From Acidimicrobiia bacterium (lineage in GTDB: Bacteria > Actinomycetota > Acidimicrobiia > IMCC26256 > JBMOIJ01), in NCBI GenBank assembly GCA_049317385.1, contig JBMOIJ010000011.1, positions 2,580 through 66,579 of the forward strand: a stretch of 64,000 nucleotides of DNA, read 5' to 3'. The notes beneath the pieces were generated by a model. It saw nothing but the letters and a program-made list of their open reading frames with translations, was not told the origin of the DNA and did not search any database. A program made the translations under genes and the position numbers. Positions 47,525-57,503 of the stretch are shown one piece after another (position 1 is the first letter of the stretch; each line of letters starts with the position of its first letter).

Positions 47525-48501
47525 ACTCGCCCCGCATCGGCAGCGATGTCGCGCGTGCGGCCCACTTGTTGCGCGCCGGCGAATTGGTCGCGTTCCCCAC
47601 CGAGACCGTGTACGGGTTGGGGGCCGATGCCACGAACGACGCGGCGCTTGCGCGCCTGTATGACGTCAAGGGACGCCCGCTGTCACACCCGGTCATCGTG
47701 CACGTGGCGAGCGCCGAGCGGCTCGACGACGTTGCGCATACGCCGCCGCCGTACGCGCGGAAGTTGGCGGCTGCGTTCTGGCCGGGTCCGCTTACGTTGA
47801 TCGTCGAACGTCGGCCCGGGGCCGTGTCGGATCGGGCCACGGGCGGCCGCAGCACGGTCGGCGTGCGCGTGCCGGATCATCCGCTGGCGCGCCACCTGTT
47901 GGAGTTGGTGGGGCGCGGGGTGGCGGCGCCCAGCGCGAACCGGTTCGGCCGCGTGAGTCCTACGACCGCGCAACATGTCGTCGACGACCTGGGTGACGAC
48001 GTCGCGCTGGTGCTCGACGGGGGCGAGTGCCGGGTTGGGGTCGAGTCGACCATCGTCGACTGCACCGACGAAGTGCCGCGGGTGTTGCGCGTCGGAGGCG
48101 TCACCTTGGAAGCGCTCGCCGAGGTCATTGGCGCGCCGCTCGCAGTGGGTGGCACCACGGCGGCACCGGGCACGTTGCCGTCGCACTACGCGCCGCACGC
48201 ACGGGTGCGGCTCGCCAGCGCGGACTGTGTGGCCGAGGAAGCAGCGGCGGTGTGTGACGCGCAGACGCGTGTCGGGGTGCTGGCCATGGACGTGCCCGCA
48301 GATCTCGACCCGATGGTGGTGGTGCTCGATGCGCCGGGTTCCGTCGAGGAGTTCGCGCACACGCTCTACGCGCGCCTGCGCGACGCGGACGCGGCCGGGC
48401 TCGAGGTGCTCTTCGTCGTTCCACCGCCGGCCGCTGGCCTGGGGGTGGCCGTCATCGACCGGCTGGAGCGGGCGGCGCATGAAGCGGCGGGTCCGGCGTG
48501 A
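47521..48501 (+). CDS. tsaC: L-threonylcarbamoyladenylate synthase (Sua5/TsaC with Sua5 C-domain)
   Basis: FPTETVYGLGADA, KGRP...P.IVH, PGPLTLI, VGVRVPDHP, APSANRFG. The GTG start overlaps the cysM stop (GTGA). Confidence 0.9.
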   Translation: MNSPRIGSDVARAAHLLRAGELVAFPTETVYGLGADATNDAALARLYDVKGRPLSHPVIVHVASAERLDDVAHTPPPYARKLAAAFWPGPLTLIVERRPGAVSDRATGGRSTVGVRVPDHPLARHLLELVGRGVAAPSANRFGRVSPTTAQHVVDDLGDDVALVLDGGECRVGVESTIVDCTDEVPRVLRVGGVTLEALAEVIGAPLAVGGTTAAPGTLPSHYAPHARVRLASADCVAEEAAAVCDAQTRVGVLAMDVPADLDPMVVVLDAPGSVEEFAHTLYARLRDADAAGLEVLFVVPPPAAGLGVAVIDRLERAAHEAAGPA

Positions 48502-48522
48502 GGGGCAGTACCGTCGTACGCA

Positions 48523-49314
48523 ATGAGTGATCGGCCGATCGGCGTCTTCGATTCGGGGCTCGGCGGGCTCACCGTGTTGCGCTCGCTCATCGACCTCTTG
48601 CCGAACGAGCACTTCGTCTACTTCGGCGACACCGCGCGGTTCCCGTACGGCACCAAAGCGCACGAGGAAGTGCTGGAGTACGCGTTGCAGATCGGCGAGG
48701 TGTTGGTGTCCATGAATGTGAAGTCCATGGTCGCTGCGTGCAATAGCGCCACATCGGTTGCCCTCGACGCGTTGCGGGAACGGCATCCCATTCCGATCAT
48801 CGGGGTCATCGAGCCGGGTGTGCGGGCGGCCACCATGGCCACGCGCAGCGGGCGGGTGGGGGTCATCGCGACGGTCGGCACGGTGTCGTCGGGTTCCTAT
48901 CAGCTGGCCTGCGAGACGTTGGCCCCCGAGCTCGATGTCACGTTCGCCGCGTGTCCTGGCTTCGTCGAGTTCGTCGAAGCCGGCGACGTTGTTTCCGATC
49001 AGGTGCACGTGCTGGCCGAGCGGTTGTTGGCACCGGTGCGTGACGCAAAGGTCGACACGTTGGTGCTCGGCTGTACGCACTATCCGTTGCTGGCGCGCAC
49101 CATCAGTGACGTCATGGGGCCGGATGTGGTGCTGGTTTCGAGCGCCGACGAGACCGCGTTCGATCTGCGGGCGCGTTTGCAGCCGCGTGTCGGCGAACGG
49201 GTTGCGCATGCGGCCCGTTTCATCACCAGTGGCGACGGGGCGACGTTCCGGCACCTGGCCACCCGGTTCCTGGGGCCCGAGGTCGTCGACGTCGAGGAGT
49301 GGCGGTGGACCTGA
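48523..49314 (+). CDS. murI: glutamate racemase
   Basis: IGVFDSGLGGLTV, ACNSAT, LGCTHYPLL. Confidence 0.95.
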   Translation: MSDRPIGVFDSGLGGLTVLRSLIDLLPNEHFVYFGDTARFPYGTKAHEEVLEYALQIGEVLVSMNVKSMVAACNSATSVALDALRERHPIPIIGVIEPGVRAATMATRSGRVGVIATVGTVSSGSYQLACETLAPELDVTFAACPGFVEFVEAGDVVSDQVHVLAERLLAPVRDAKVDTLVLGCTHYPLLARTISDVMGPDVVLVSSADETAFDLRARLQPRVGERVAHAARFITSGDGATFRHLATRFLGPEVVDVEEWRWT

Positions 49315-50036
49315 CGGTCCTGGGCTGCTCGGGGAGCTACGCCGCCCCCGCCGGTGGCGCGTGCAGCAGCTACCTGGTCCGCCACGCGAACACGGCGCTG
49401 TGGGTCGACGCTGGCAACGGCTCGTTCGCCGCGTTGCAACGCGAGATTCCAATGGAACAGATCAGTGCGGTCGTCATCACACATCGGCACCCGGACCACT
49501 GTGTCGATCTCTTCAGCCTCTTCATCGCCATGAAGTACGGAACGGGCGCGTCGGGCCTTCCCGTCTACGCGGCGCCGGAAGTCCAGGACGCGCTCGGTCC
49601 ACTCATCGATCACCGGTGGGGTGACACGTTCGACTGGCGCGCGATCAGCGACGGTCAGCAGGTGCGGGTGGGGGATATCGCTGTGCGGTTCGCTCGCACC
49701 GACCATCCGCCGCCCACGTTCGCAGTCGAGTGTTCCGCCGACGGTCGGCGCATCATCTATTCGTCGGATACCGGCCCGCAGTGGTCGCCGGCAGTGTTCG
49801 GCCCCGGGGCGGATCTGGTGGTGTGTGAAGCCCCCTATCAGGATGCCGACGACGCGCCGCCGTTCCACTGCTCGGCGTCGCAGGCTGCCCACGCAGCACG
49901 GGCCGCCCAGGCGAAGCAGCTGATGATCACGCATCTGTGGCCCACCAGCGATCCGCAAGTGAGCGTGGCCGAGGCCCAAGCTGCGTTCGGCGGTGAGGTG
50001 TTGCTCGCGGCGCCGCACGTGACCGTGTCGGTGTGA
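49299..50036 (+). CDS. MBL-fold metallo-hydrolase (Rv1339-like)
   Basis: [11 protein letters not shown] (HxHxDH motif). It sits between murI and rph, as in mycobacteria, and overlaps the murI 3' end by 16 nt. Confidence 0.8.
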   Translation: MAVDLTVLGCSGSYAAPAGGACSSYLVRHANTALWVDAGNGSFAALQREIPMEQISAVVITHRHPDHCVDLFSLFIAMKYGTGASGLPVYAAPEVQDALGPLIDHRWGDTFDWRAISDGQQVRVGDIAVRFARTDHPPPTFAVECSADGRRIIYSSDTGPQWSPAVFGPGADLVVCEAPYQDADDAPPFHCSASQAAHAARAAQAKQLMITHLWPTSDPQVSVAEAQAAFGGEVLLAAPHVTVSV

Positions 50037-50049
50037 GAGGCTGACTCCG

Positions 50050-50790
50050 ATGACGATTCGAGTTGATGGAAGAGAGCCCGACGAACTGCGCCCGGTGGTG
50101 ATCACCCGTGATTACACCGAGTTCGCGGCCGGTTCGGTGTTGATCGAGTTCGGACGTACCCGCGTGCTGTGCACGGCGTCCATCGAGGACCGGGTGCCGC
50201 CGTGGCTGAAGGGTTCGGGTCGCGGTTGGGTCACCGCCGAGTACTCCATGCTGCCGGGCTCCACGCCCGAGCGCGTGAACCGCGAGGCGGCCAAGGGCAA
50301 GCAGAGTGGTCGCACGCAAGAGATCCAGCGGCTCATCGGTCGGTCGTTGCGGTCCGTCACTGATCTGGAACTCATGCCCGACCTACAGATCACGGTCGAC
50401 TGCGACGTGTTGCAGGCCGACGGCGGCACGCGCACCGCGTCCATCTGCGGTGGGTTCCTCGCGCTGCACGACGCGTGTTCGCGTGCGGTGCAGCGCGGCC
50501 TCATTGCGAGGCACCCGGTCACCGACTTCTGCGCGGCCATCTCGGTGGGTATCGTCGACGCATTGCCGTCGCTCGACCTCATGTACACCGAGGACTCGCG
50601 CGCCGAAGTCGACATGAACGTGGTCATGACCGCCGCCGGCAAGTTCGTCGAGGTGCAGGGTACGGCCGAGGGTGAACCGTTCAGCCGTACCGAGCTCGAC
50701 GAGCTGTTGCGGTTGGCTGAGCTGGGAATCGGCGAGATCTTCACGTTGCAGCGCGAGCTGCTGGCCACGCCGCCCGAACCGCGGAAGTGA
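50050..50790 (+). CDS. rph: ribonuclease PH
   Basis: RVDGR..DELR...I......A.GSVL.EFG.T.VLCTA, and [15 protein letters not shown]. Confidence 0.97.
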   Translation: MTIRVDGREPDELRPVVITRDYTEFAAGSVLIEFGRTRVLCTASIEDRVPPWLKGSGRGWVTAEYSMLPGSTPERVNREAAKGKQSGRTQEIQRLIGRSLRSVTDLELMPDLQITVDCDVLQADGGTRTASICGGFLALHDACSRAVQRGLIARHPVTDFCAAISVGIVDALPSLDLMYTEDSRAEVDMNVVMTAAGKFVEVQGTAEGEPFSRTELDELLRLAELGIGEIFTLQRELLATPPEPRK

Positions 50791-51461
50791 GCGACACGCA
50801 CCCGCTCCCGCTCGTGTTGGCGAGCGGCAACGTCGACAAGTCCCGCGAGATCTGCGAGGTCCTCGCCGAGGTCTGGGGTGTCCCGATTGCGGCGTGGGCG
50901 GTCGATGTCGACGGAACCCAGTGTTTCGTGCTCACCGAACCCGGTCCCTTCGACGAGCCACAGCTCGATCACGCGCCCGACGTCGAAGAGACGGGCACCA
51001 CGCTCGAAGCGAACGCGCGCATCAAGGCGCTGGGTTGGGCGAACGCGTTGAGGATGCCGGCAATCGCCGACGACACCGGCCTGTTCGTCGATGCGCTGGA
51101 TGGCGCGCCCGGCGTGTACTCGGCGCGCTACGCAGGCGAAGACGTCACCTACGCCGACAACGTGAACAAGCTGCTGCATGACATGCGCTCGGTTTCAGCC
51201 GCGCGCCGATCGGCCCGCTTCCGGACTGTGGCGATGGCGGTGTGGCCCGACGGACGGGAAGCGGCGGCAACCGGCGCGGTCGAAGGCGCCATCATCGATG
51301 CGGCGCGGGGCGCCAACGGGTTCGGGTACGACCCGGTCTTTGTGCCTGCCGAAGGCGACGGGCGCACGTTCGCCGAGATGTCGGCGGGTGAGAAGCACGC
51401 GCTTTCGCACCGGGGGCGCGCGTTCCGGGCGTTGGCCCGGGAACTCGGAGCCGCAGGCTGA
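50787..51461 (+). CDS. rdgB: non-canonical purine NTP pyrophosphatase RdgB/HAM1
   Basis: [50 protein letters not shown]. The GTG start overlaps the rph stop. Confidence 0.9.
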   Translation: MSDTHPLPLVLASGNVDKSREICEVLAEVWGVPIAAWAVDVDGTQCFVLTEPGPFDEPQLDHAPDVEETGTTLEANARIKALGWANALRMPAIADDTGLFVDALDGAPGVYSARYAGEDVTYADNVNKLLHDMRSVSAARRSARFRTVAMAVWPDGREAAATGAVEGAIIDAARGANGFGYDPVFVPAEGDGRTFAEMSAGEKHALSHRGRAFRALARELGAAG

Positions 51462-52396
51462 TGCCGCTGGATCCCCAGGTTGTGGCGCTCATGGATGGGT
51501 TCCTGGCGCAGATGCCGCGGGCGGCCGACGTGGGAGTCGACGTGGCGCGGGAACACCTCGAACGCCTGGCGGCCGACGGCGCGCCGTACATGGACCCCAT
51601 CCACGAGTCCTACGACATCGAGATCCCACGCGCCGGGGGCTCGGTCACGGCGCGGGTGTTGCGGCCGTCCGCTGCGCGCAACCTGCCGGTGTTGGTGTGG
51701 TTCCACGGCGGCGGCTTCTGTACCGGGAGTCATCGCACGCACGACGGCGTGCTGCGCCCGGTTGCCAATCAGGTCGGGTGTGTCGTGGTGATTCCTGACT
51801 ACCGGTTGGCGCCCGAGCATCCCTACCCGGCTGCGTTCGATGACTGCGTGGCCACGCTCGAGTGGGTGGCCGCGCACGGCGACGAGTTGGGTGGCGATGC
51901 GTCGCGCATCGCGATCGGCGGCGACTCCGCCGGCGGCAACCTTGCCGCTGGCCTCGCGCTTGAAGCGCGCGACCGCAACGTTCCTGTTTGTGCGCAGGTG
52001 TTGGTGTACCCGTCGGTCGACGATGATCCGACTCGTCCGTCGCTCGCTGAGAACGCGCAGGGCTACATGCTCGAAACCAGCGACATCGCCGACTACCTCG
52101 ACTGGTACGTGCCGGACCTCCCTGACCGCGCTGATTGGCGTGTGTTCCCCATGAAGGCCGAGTCGCTGGCAGGCACGCCGCCGGCCTTGGTGCTCACGGC
52201 GGAGTTCGATCCGCTGCGCGACGAGGGCGAGGCCTACGGCCATCGACTCCAGCACGAAGGCGTCCCCACCGTGGTGGTGCGCTACGACGGGCTCGTGCAC
52301 GGGTTCTTCGGCATGTGGATGCTGATCGACGCCGCGCGCCAGTCGTTGGTCGATACGGTGGAGTTCCTGCACAGCCGCTTTGGTGAGGAGTTCTAG
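51461..52396 (+). CDS. alpha/beta hydrolase, hormone-sensitive-lipase-like esterase
   Basis: HGGGF oxyanion motif, nucleophile elbow GDSAGGNLA, and DPLRDEG. The ATG overlaps the rdgB stop (TGATG). Confidence 0.85.
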   Translation: MPLDPQVVALMDGFLAQMPRAADVGVDVAREHLERLAADGAPYMDPIHESYDIEIPRAGGSVTARVLRPSAARNLPVLVWFHGGGFCTGSHRTHDGVLRPVANQVGCVVVIPDYRLAPEHPYPAAFDDCVATLEWVAAHGDELGGDASRIAIGGDSAGGNLAAGLALEARDRNVPVCAQVLVYPSVDDDPTRPSLAENAQGYMLETSDIADYLDWYVPDLPDRADWRVFPMKAESLAGTPPALVLTAEFDPLRDEGEAYGHRLQHEGVPTVVVRYDGLVHGFFGMWMLIDAARQSLVDTVEFLHSRFGEEF

Positions 52397-52398
52397 GC

Positions 52399-52956
52399 GT
52401 GGCAGTCATCGACGTACCGGGCTTCGTGGCCAGCGTGAAAGATCACGCGGTCGAACACGGGTTCCACGTGCACGACGAACGGCATTTCGTCGAGAGCTAT
52501 TCGTTGCGCCAGACGTGGGAAGTCGACATGCATCCTGAGGAGGGGTGTGAAGGCCCCGTCGACCTCTACTTCTCGCTCGACGTCGATCCGCGGGTGTTGT
52601 TGTCGTTCGAGGATGCGTTCGCCGATCTCGACGAGGGTGAAGAACCATCCGACGACTTCTTCTTCCCGTTGAGCTTCACGTGGGCGTTGCCGCCGCTGGT
52701 GCGGCCGCCTGACTTGCTGCTCGTCGCCACTGACCTGGCGGGCGTGGGTGGTCCGGAACTGCCGCTCGAAGTGAGCGCAATCGATTCGGTGCCCAGCGTC
52801 ACCGACGCGGCGGAACGTTCGTTGCGGGTCGTGTCGCACCTGCAGGCGTCGCTGGTCCGTATTCGGGCGGGCGAGGAAGTCAGCTGCGAGACCCTCGAGC
52901 GCTGCCTGGCGGTGTCGCGCTACCTCCTCGAGCAGGCCGAGACCTGGCTCGATTGA
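52399..52956 (+). CDS. hypothetical acidic protein
   Basis: 185-aa ORF with coding-like codon bias. GTG start lies 2 nt after the esterase stop. No domain recognised. Confidence 0.5.
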   Translation: MAVIDVPGFVASVKDHAVEHGFHVHDERHFVESYSLRQTWEVDMHPEEGCEGPVDLYFSLDVDPRVLLSFEDAFADLDEGEEPSDDFFFPLSFTWALPPLVRPPDLLLVATDLAGVGGPELPLEVSAIDSVPSVTDAAERSLRVVSHLQASLVRIRAGEEVSCETLERCLAVSRYLLEQAETWLD

Positions 52957-53072
52957 GCGATCGCGTGTGAGCGAGCGGAGCCGAGTGAACACGGAGCGGT
53001 TGCGGCCGTTCTGCGGCGAGTCGCAAGGTACCCTGGCGTCTCAGCAACCGCGACCATGAGGACGCTCTTCCC

Positions 53073-53399
53073 ATGCCGATGCGTCAGGACTGCAAGCACT
53101 ACGAGTCGCGCACCTACGGAAGTGGCGAAGTGGTGCGCAAGTGCGGTCTCGACGCGGCGCCCGAGGCCCCATGGCGCTGTCCCGAGAACTGTCCGCTCTT
53201 CGAGCGCCGCATGGTCGACGTGGGGTGGCAGTACGGCTCGCTGACCAAGGGGATGGAACCGCCTGAAGCCGAGCCCGAAGGCGAAGACATCGCGGCGCTC
53301 CTCGACGCCGCGGAGGACATCGTGAACTCGGCCGCCCCCGAGATCCTCGCCGAGTTCGACAAGAAGGGGCGGGGTCGCAAGAAGAAGAAGCGCAAGTAG
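53073..53399 (+). CDS. small four-Cys protein with acidic middle and polybasic tail (KKGRGRKKKKRK)
   Basis: 108 aa with C7, C24, C36 and C40 (RCPENCP). Strong GC3 bias. No family recognised. Confidence 0.55.
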   Translation: MPMRQDCKHYESRTYGSGEVVRKCGLDAAPEAPWRCPENCPLFERRMVDVGWQYGSLTKGMEPPEAEPEGEDIAALLDAAEDIVNSAAPEILAEFDKKGRGRKKKKRK

Positions 53400-53425
53400 C
53401 GATCCAGGCTCGACGGCCCCTCGAT

Positions 53426-56035
53426 GTGCGGTCTACCGTCCGCAACGCGCAGAAGGTGCATCGAGGAGGCAGTGTGCGAAGCGCACGGGCACGGATTGTC
53501 CTTGTTCTCACCACCATGGCGGCGTTGGCTGCCGGTGGAATTGCGGTTTCCGGTCCGGCTGGGGCGGCCCCCGCCTCCGGAGTGCAGTTCACGATCCTGC
53601 CGCCGGGCAACGGTTACATCAACGGCCCGCTGCAGTACCACGCCAACGATCAGACGGCCATGTACGACGGGCTCGAGAACCCCGTCGCCGCCGGCACCCT
53701 CACCGACGCCGACCTGAAGAAGTACTTCAAGGACCAGCGCATCGGCGCGCTGAAGGCTTCCGACGTGGTGCGCACCGAGACACCGCGTCCGGGGGTCACC
53801 ATCAAGTGGGACCGCTTCGGCGTTCCGCACATCAACGGTGTCACGGCGGAAGATGTGGCATTCGGTGCCGGGTGGACCGTGGCCGAAGCGCGTCTCCTCA
53901 TCTTGGTGATCGCACGCATCTTCGGCCGGTCGGGCCTCATCGAACAGGTGGGCAACGCCGACCGGTTGATCGAAGCGCTTGGCGCGCTCGACACCACACC
54001 GCTGGTCAGTTACAGCGAAGCGGAACTGCAATCGTTCATCGACCGCACCATTGCCGACGCCGGTCCTCAAGAAGGACCACAGATCCTCAGCGCGATCGGC
54101 AACTACACCGACGGCATCAACGAGTGGTTGCAGCGCAACCCGGTGCTGGGTCCCGACCTGGCGAAGCTCGGCCTCACGTTCCCGGAACCGTTCCGCCCCA
54201 CCGACGTGGTGGCCTCGGCCATCGTCGTCGGCAACATCTTCGGTGCGGGTGGCGGCAACGAGGTGAACAACTTGCGGGCGTTGCAGTCGCTGCTGGCGCG
54301 CTTCGGGAACACCAAGGGCAAGGCCATCTACGACGACCTGCGGATGCGCGACAACCGCGATGCCACGGTGCACATCGACACCGAATACCCCTACCCGCTC
54401 ACGGCCGACTCGGCGGGCGCAACCCCGGTGGCCGCTGGTCCCGAGGACCCAGCATCCATTGCTCGGCTCGACCCGGGTTCGGTGACGACCCTTCCCAATG
54501 TGAACCCGCCGAAGGTCGCGCACTCCAGCAACAGCATCGCCATCAGCGCGGACCGCTCCAAGTCCGGGCATCCCATCATGGTGGGTGGTCCGCAGGCCGC
54601 GTACGTGTTCCCCGAGCTGCTCTTCGAATGGGAACTCACCGGTGGTGGGTTCGAGTCGTCAGGTGTCACGTTCCCGGGGATCGGCCCGTTCGTTGTCATC
54701 GGTCACACGCGTAACTACGCGTGGACGGCCACGTCGGGCGACTCGGACCTGGTCGACCAGCGCGTCGAGAAGCTCTGCAACGTCGACGGGTCACCGGCCA
54801 GGCGCGACTCGCGCGCGTACTGGTTCAACGGCGTGTGCACGCCCATGACGCGGCCCGACAACAACCCGCAGACCATGTGGCGCACGGTGCACGGCCCGGT
54901 CACGGGTTCCGCCACCGTCAACGGTGAGCCGGTGGCGATCGCCCGACAACGTGCGTCGTTCGGCGAAGAAGCGCACTCGGCGCGCGCGTTATGGCGGTTG
55001 TCGCGCAACGAGGTTCGTAACGCCACTGACTTCGCGTCCACCATGGGGGCGGTTCCATTCAGTTTCAACTGGACCTACGTCAACGACAAGGACATCGCGT
55101 ACTTCCACTCGGGTTGGTATCCGGTGCGCAAGGCCGGCGCCGCGTTCGACTTCCCCACGTGGGGCACGGGTGAGTGGGAGTGGCAGGGGCTGCTCGACTT
55201 CAACGACTTCTCGCGCAATCCGCAGGCCGTGAACCCGCCCAGTGGACAGATCGTGTCGTGGAACTCGAAGCCGGCTCCGGGCTGGTCCGAGGCCGACAAC
55301 AAGTGGGGCGTGGGATCGGTGCAGCGCGTCGACTTGCTGGCCAAGCGCGTCGAGGGCTTGAAGGGTGCTACGCCGGCGCAAGTAACCGCGGCTGCGCAGG
55401 ACGCCGCCACTGCCGACCTACGCGGTGAGCGGGTGGTGTCGCAGATGTTGGCCGTCTTGGCCGGGTCGCCCGCCCCCAATGCGCAGCTCGAGCAGGTGCG
55501 TCAGCTGCTCACGAAGTACTCCCAGACGGGCGCGCACCGACGCGACCGCAACTTCGACTGGATCTACGACGACCCGATGACGGGGTTCACCGACCAGCTG
55601 TACGACAACCTCGTGCACGCGATGTTCGACCGCGTCCTCGGTGCCGAATACATGGCCGATGGCGGGCCGCGTCAGCCCGACTCGCTCGACAACGCGCCCA
55701 GCAGTTCGGGGAGCGCGTTCAACTCACCCACCTGGTACTCGATCACGGCGCGCGAACTCGACCGTGCTCGCGGTGCGGCAGTGCGGCCGGCGAACGTGCC
55801 GGCGATGTGTGGGCGTGGTTCGCGGGTGGCGTGTCGTCGCATCCTGTGGAACACGCTCAAGCTCACCTACTGGCAGATGCAGCAGTACCAACTGCCGTGG
55901 GTGCGTGACGACATCACGAAGTGGCAACAGTCGTCGGCGCCCGAACGCATCCGCTTCCTCCCGTACGTGTTCAACGGGGACAGCATGCGGTGGTCGAACC
56001 GACCCACCTTCCAGCAGGTCATCAGCTACGGCTGA
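53426..56035 (+). CDS. penicillin-acylase-family (peptidase S45, Ntn hydrolase) secreted protein
   Basis: Signal-like N-terminus. The internal autoprocessing site ...AHSSNSIAIS (beta-chain N-terminal Ser) is followed by GGPQ and YAWTATS. 869 aa. Confidence 0.9.
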   Translation: MRSTVRNAQKVHRGGSVRSARARIVLVLTTMAALAAGGIAVSGPAGAAPASGVQFTILPPGNGYINGPLQYHANDQTAMYDGLENPVAAGTLTDADLKKYFKDQRIGALKASDVVRTETPRPGVTIKWDRFGVPHINGVTAEDVAFGAGWTVAEARLLILVIARIFGRSGLIEQVGNADRLIEALGALDTTPLVSYSEAELQSFIDRTIADAGPQEGPQILSAIGNYTDGINEWLQRNPVLGPDLAKLGLTFPEPFRPTDVVASAIVVGNIFGAGGGNEVNNLRALQSLLARFGNTKGKAIYDDLRMRDNRDATVHIDTEYPYPLTADSAGATPVAAGPEDPASIARLDPGSVTTLPNVNPPKVAHSSNSIAISADRSKSGHPIMVGGPQAAYVFPELLFEWELTGGGFESSGVTFPGIGPFVVIGHTRNYAWTATSGDSDLVDQRVEKLCNVDGSPARRDSRAYWFNGVCTPMTRPDNNPQTMWRTVHGPVTGSATVNGEPVAIARQRASFGEEAHSARALWRLSRNEVRNATDFASTMGAVPFSFNWTYVNDKDIAYFHSGWYPVRKAGAAFDFPTWGTGEWEWQGLLDFNDFSRNPQAVNPPSGQIVSWNSKPAPGWSEADNKWGVGSVQRVDLLAKRVEGLKGATPAQVTAAAQDAATADLRGERVVSQMLAVLAGSPAPNAQLEQVRQLLTKYSQTGAHRRDRNFDWIYDDPMTGFTDQLYDNLVHAMFDRVLGAEYMADGGPRQPDSLDNAPSSSGSAFNSPTWYSITARELDRARGAAVRPANVPAMCGRGSRVACRRILWNTLKLTYWQMQQYQLPWVRDDITKWQQSSAPERIRFLPYVFNGDSMRWSNRPTFQQVISYG

Positions 56036-56039
56036 ATCG

Positions 56040-56122
56040 GTGCGAGCGGAGGGACTTGAACCCTCACCTCTTGCGAGACCAGGACCTAAACCTGGCGCGT
56101 CTGCCAATTCCGCCACGCTCGC
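56040..56122 (-). tRNA. tRNA-Leu (anticodon UAG)
   Basis: The reverse complement is GCGAGCGUGGCGGAAUUGGCAGACGCGCCAGGUUUAGGUCCUGGUCUCGCAAGAGGUGAGGGUUCAAGUCCCUCCGCUCGCA. It has a 7-bp acceptor stem, anticodon loop UUUAGGU, a long variable arm and T-loop GGUUCAAGUCC. CCA is not encoded. Confidence 0.95.
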
Positions 56123-56160
56123 GTGTGACCCGACAACGGTAGAGCCTGCGTGACCGGCGT

Positions 56161-56739
56161 TCAGTCGATGGTGCGGTCGAGGATCTGGCCGTCGCCGTCG
56201 GCTTCCCAGCGGCCGGAGCGGCGGGGCCCGGTGACGTAGCCCAGAACGCGGATGGTGCCGTCGTCGCTGCCTTCGACCACGAGGTAGCCGGGGGGCGTGT
56301 CGATGTTGAGTGGCGCGCCGCCGGCTCGGAAGAGCTCGGCGAGCACGGTCCAGTTCACCGATTCGGCGGGGTAGAGGTTCTGCAGGTTCTTGTCGGTGCC
56401 GGTGAGGCGGACGGGGCTGACGCTGGTGATCGTTCCATTGCGCACGGTGTACGAATCGAGGGTGCCGCGTGCCTTGGGGTTTTCGGCCTCGACGATCATG
56501 TACTCGGGGTAGATGACGGCGGTGCGGATCAGGACCGGCCCGTCGAGTTGTTGCTGGATGAGGGCGAGCCCCTGCTTGATGCCTTCGACCGTGGTGAACG
56601 ACACGTTCGCAGGCGCGGGCGTGGTAGTGGGTTTGGCCGCGTTGGAGTTCGAACTCGACGCGCATGCGGCACTGGTGAGTGCCAGCAGCGCGCAGCCGAG
56701 CGCGGCGCTCAGATGGAGGACCAGCCGCCGTCGACGCAC
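56161..56739 (-). CDS. hypothetical lipoprotein
   Basis: GTG 56739 is the only start upstream of the signal sequence VRRRRLVLHLSAALGCALLALTSAAC. It overlaps the SDR gene's 3' end by 31 nt. Confidence 0.6.
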   Translation of the reverse strand: MRRRRLVLHLSAALGCALLALTSAACASSSNSNAAKPTTTPAPANVSFTTVEGIKQGLALIQQQLDGPVLIRTAVIYPEYMIVEAENPKARGTLDSYTVRNGTITSVSPVRLTGTDKNLQNLYPAESVNWTVLAELFRAGGAPLNIDTPPGYLVVEGSDDGTIRVLGYVTGPRRSGRWEADGDGQILDRTID

Positions 56740-57479
56740 AGCACTTGTCCGGTTACGTAGCTGCTCGCCTCGCTGGCGAGGAAGAGCAGCGCGCCGTCGA
56801 GCTCGTGGTCGTTGCCGCCACGGCCCATGGGGGTGCGCTGGCGGATCCACCTTTCGGCGTTCTCGTCGCCGAACATCGTTCCGTTGGTCATCTCCGAGGG
56901 GAACCATCCCGGCGCGATCGCGTTGACGCGGATGCCCTTGCGGGCCCATTGCGCGGCGAGCTCGCGCGTAAGGTTCACCAGTCCGCCTTTGGCCGCGGCG
57001 TACGAGGCCTGGGGGATCTGGCCGTTGCCCACCACGCCCAGCACCGACGCAATGTTCACCACGGTGGCGGTGTGTTCGGCGGCGATGGCTTGGCGGGCAA
57101 CGAGGCGCGCCAGTTCGTAGGGGGCGACCAGGTCGAGCTCAACGACTTCCCGGAAGCTGGCGGCGGGGTCGTCGAGTGCCGGGACCACTTTGGTGACGCC
57201 CGCGTTGTTCACCAAGATGTCGATACGGCCGTAGTGCGCAAGGGTCGCGGCCACCAATGCTTCGGCGGCACCCGCTTCGGCGAGGTCGCACCCCACGGCG
57301 TACGCGTGCTCGCAGCTCGCAGCGATCGCATCGATGCGTTCCACTCGACGTGCCGCGAGCACCACGTTGGCGCCGGCGGCGTCGAGCACCTGCGCGAAGC
57401 GCGAGCCCAAGCCGCTGCTCGCGCCGGTGACGATGGCCACGCGGCCGTCGAGTCGGAATTCGTCGAGCGGGTCCAACAC
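56709..57479 (-). CDS. SDR-family oxidoreductase (FabG-like)
   Basis: VAIVTGASSGLG, NNAG, YAAAKGG (YxxxK). Start is GTG 57479. Confidence 0.9.
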   Translation of the reverse strand: MLDPLDEFRLDGRVAIVTGASSGLGSRFAQVLDAAGANVVLAARRVERIDAIAASCEHAYAVGCDLAEAGAAEALVAATLAHYGRIDILVNNAGVTKVVPALDDPAASFREVVELDLVAPYELARLVARQAIAAEHTATVVNIASVLGVVGNGQIPQASYAAAKGGLVNLTRELAAQWARKGIRVNAIAPGWFPSEMTNGTMFGDENAERWIRQRTPMGRGGNDHELDGALLFLASEASSYVTGQVLCVDGGWSSI

Positions 57480-57503
57480 GATCGGGACCGTACACTCCGG
57501 CCC

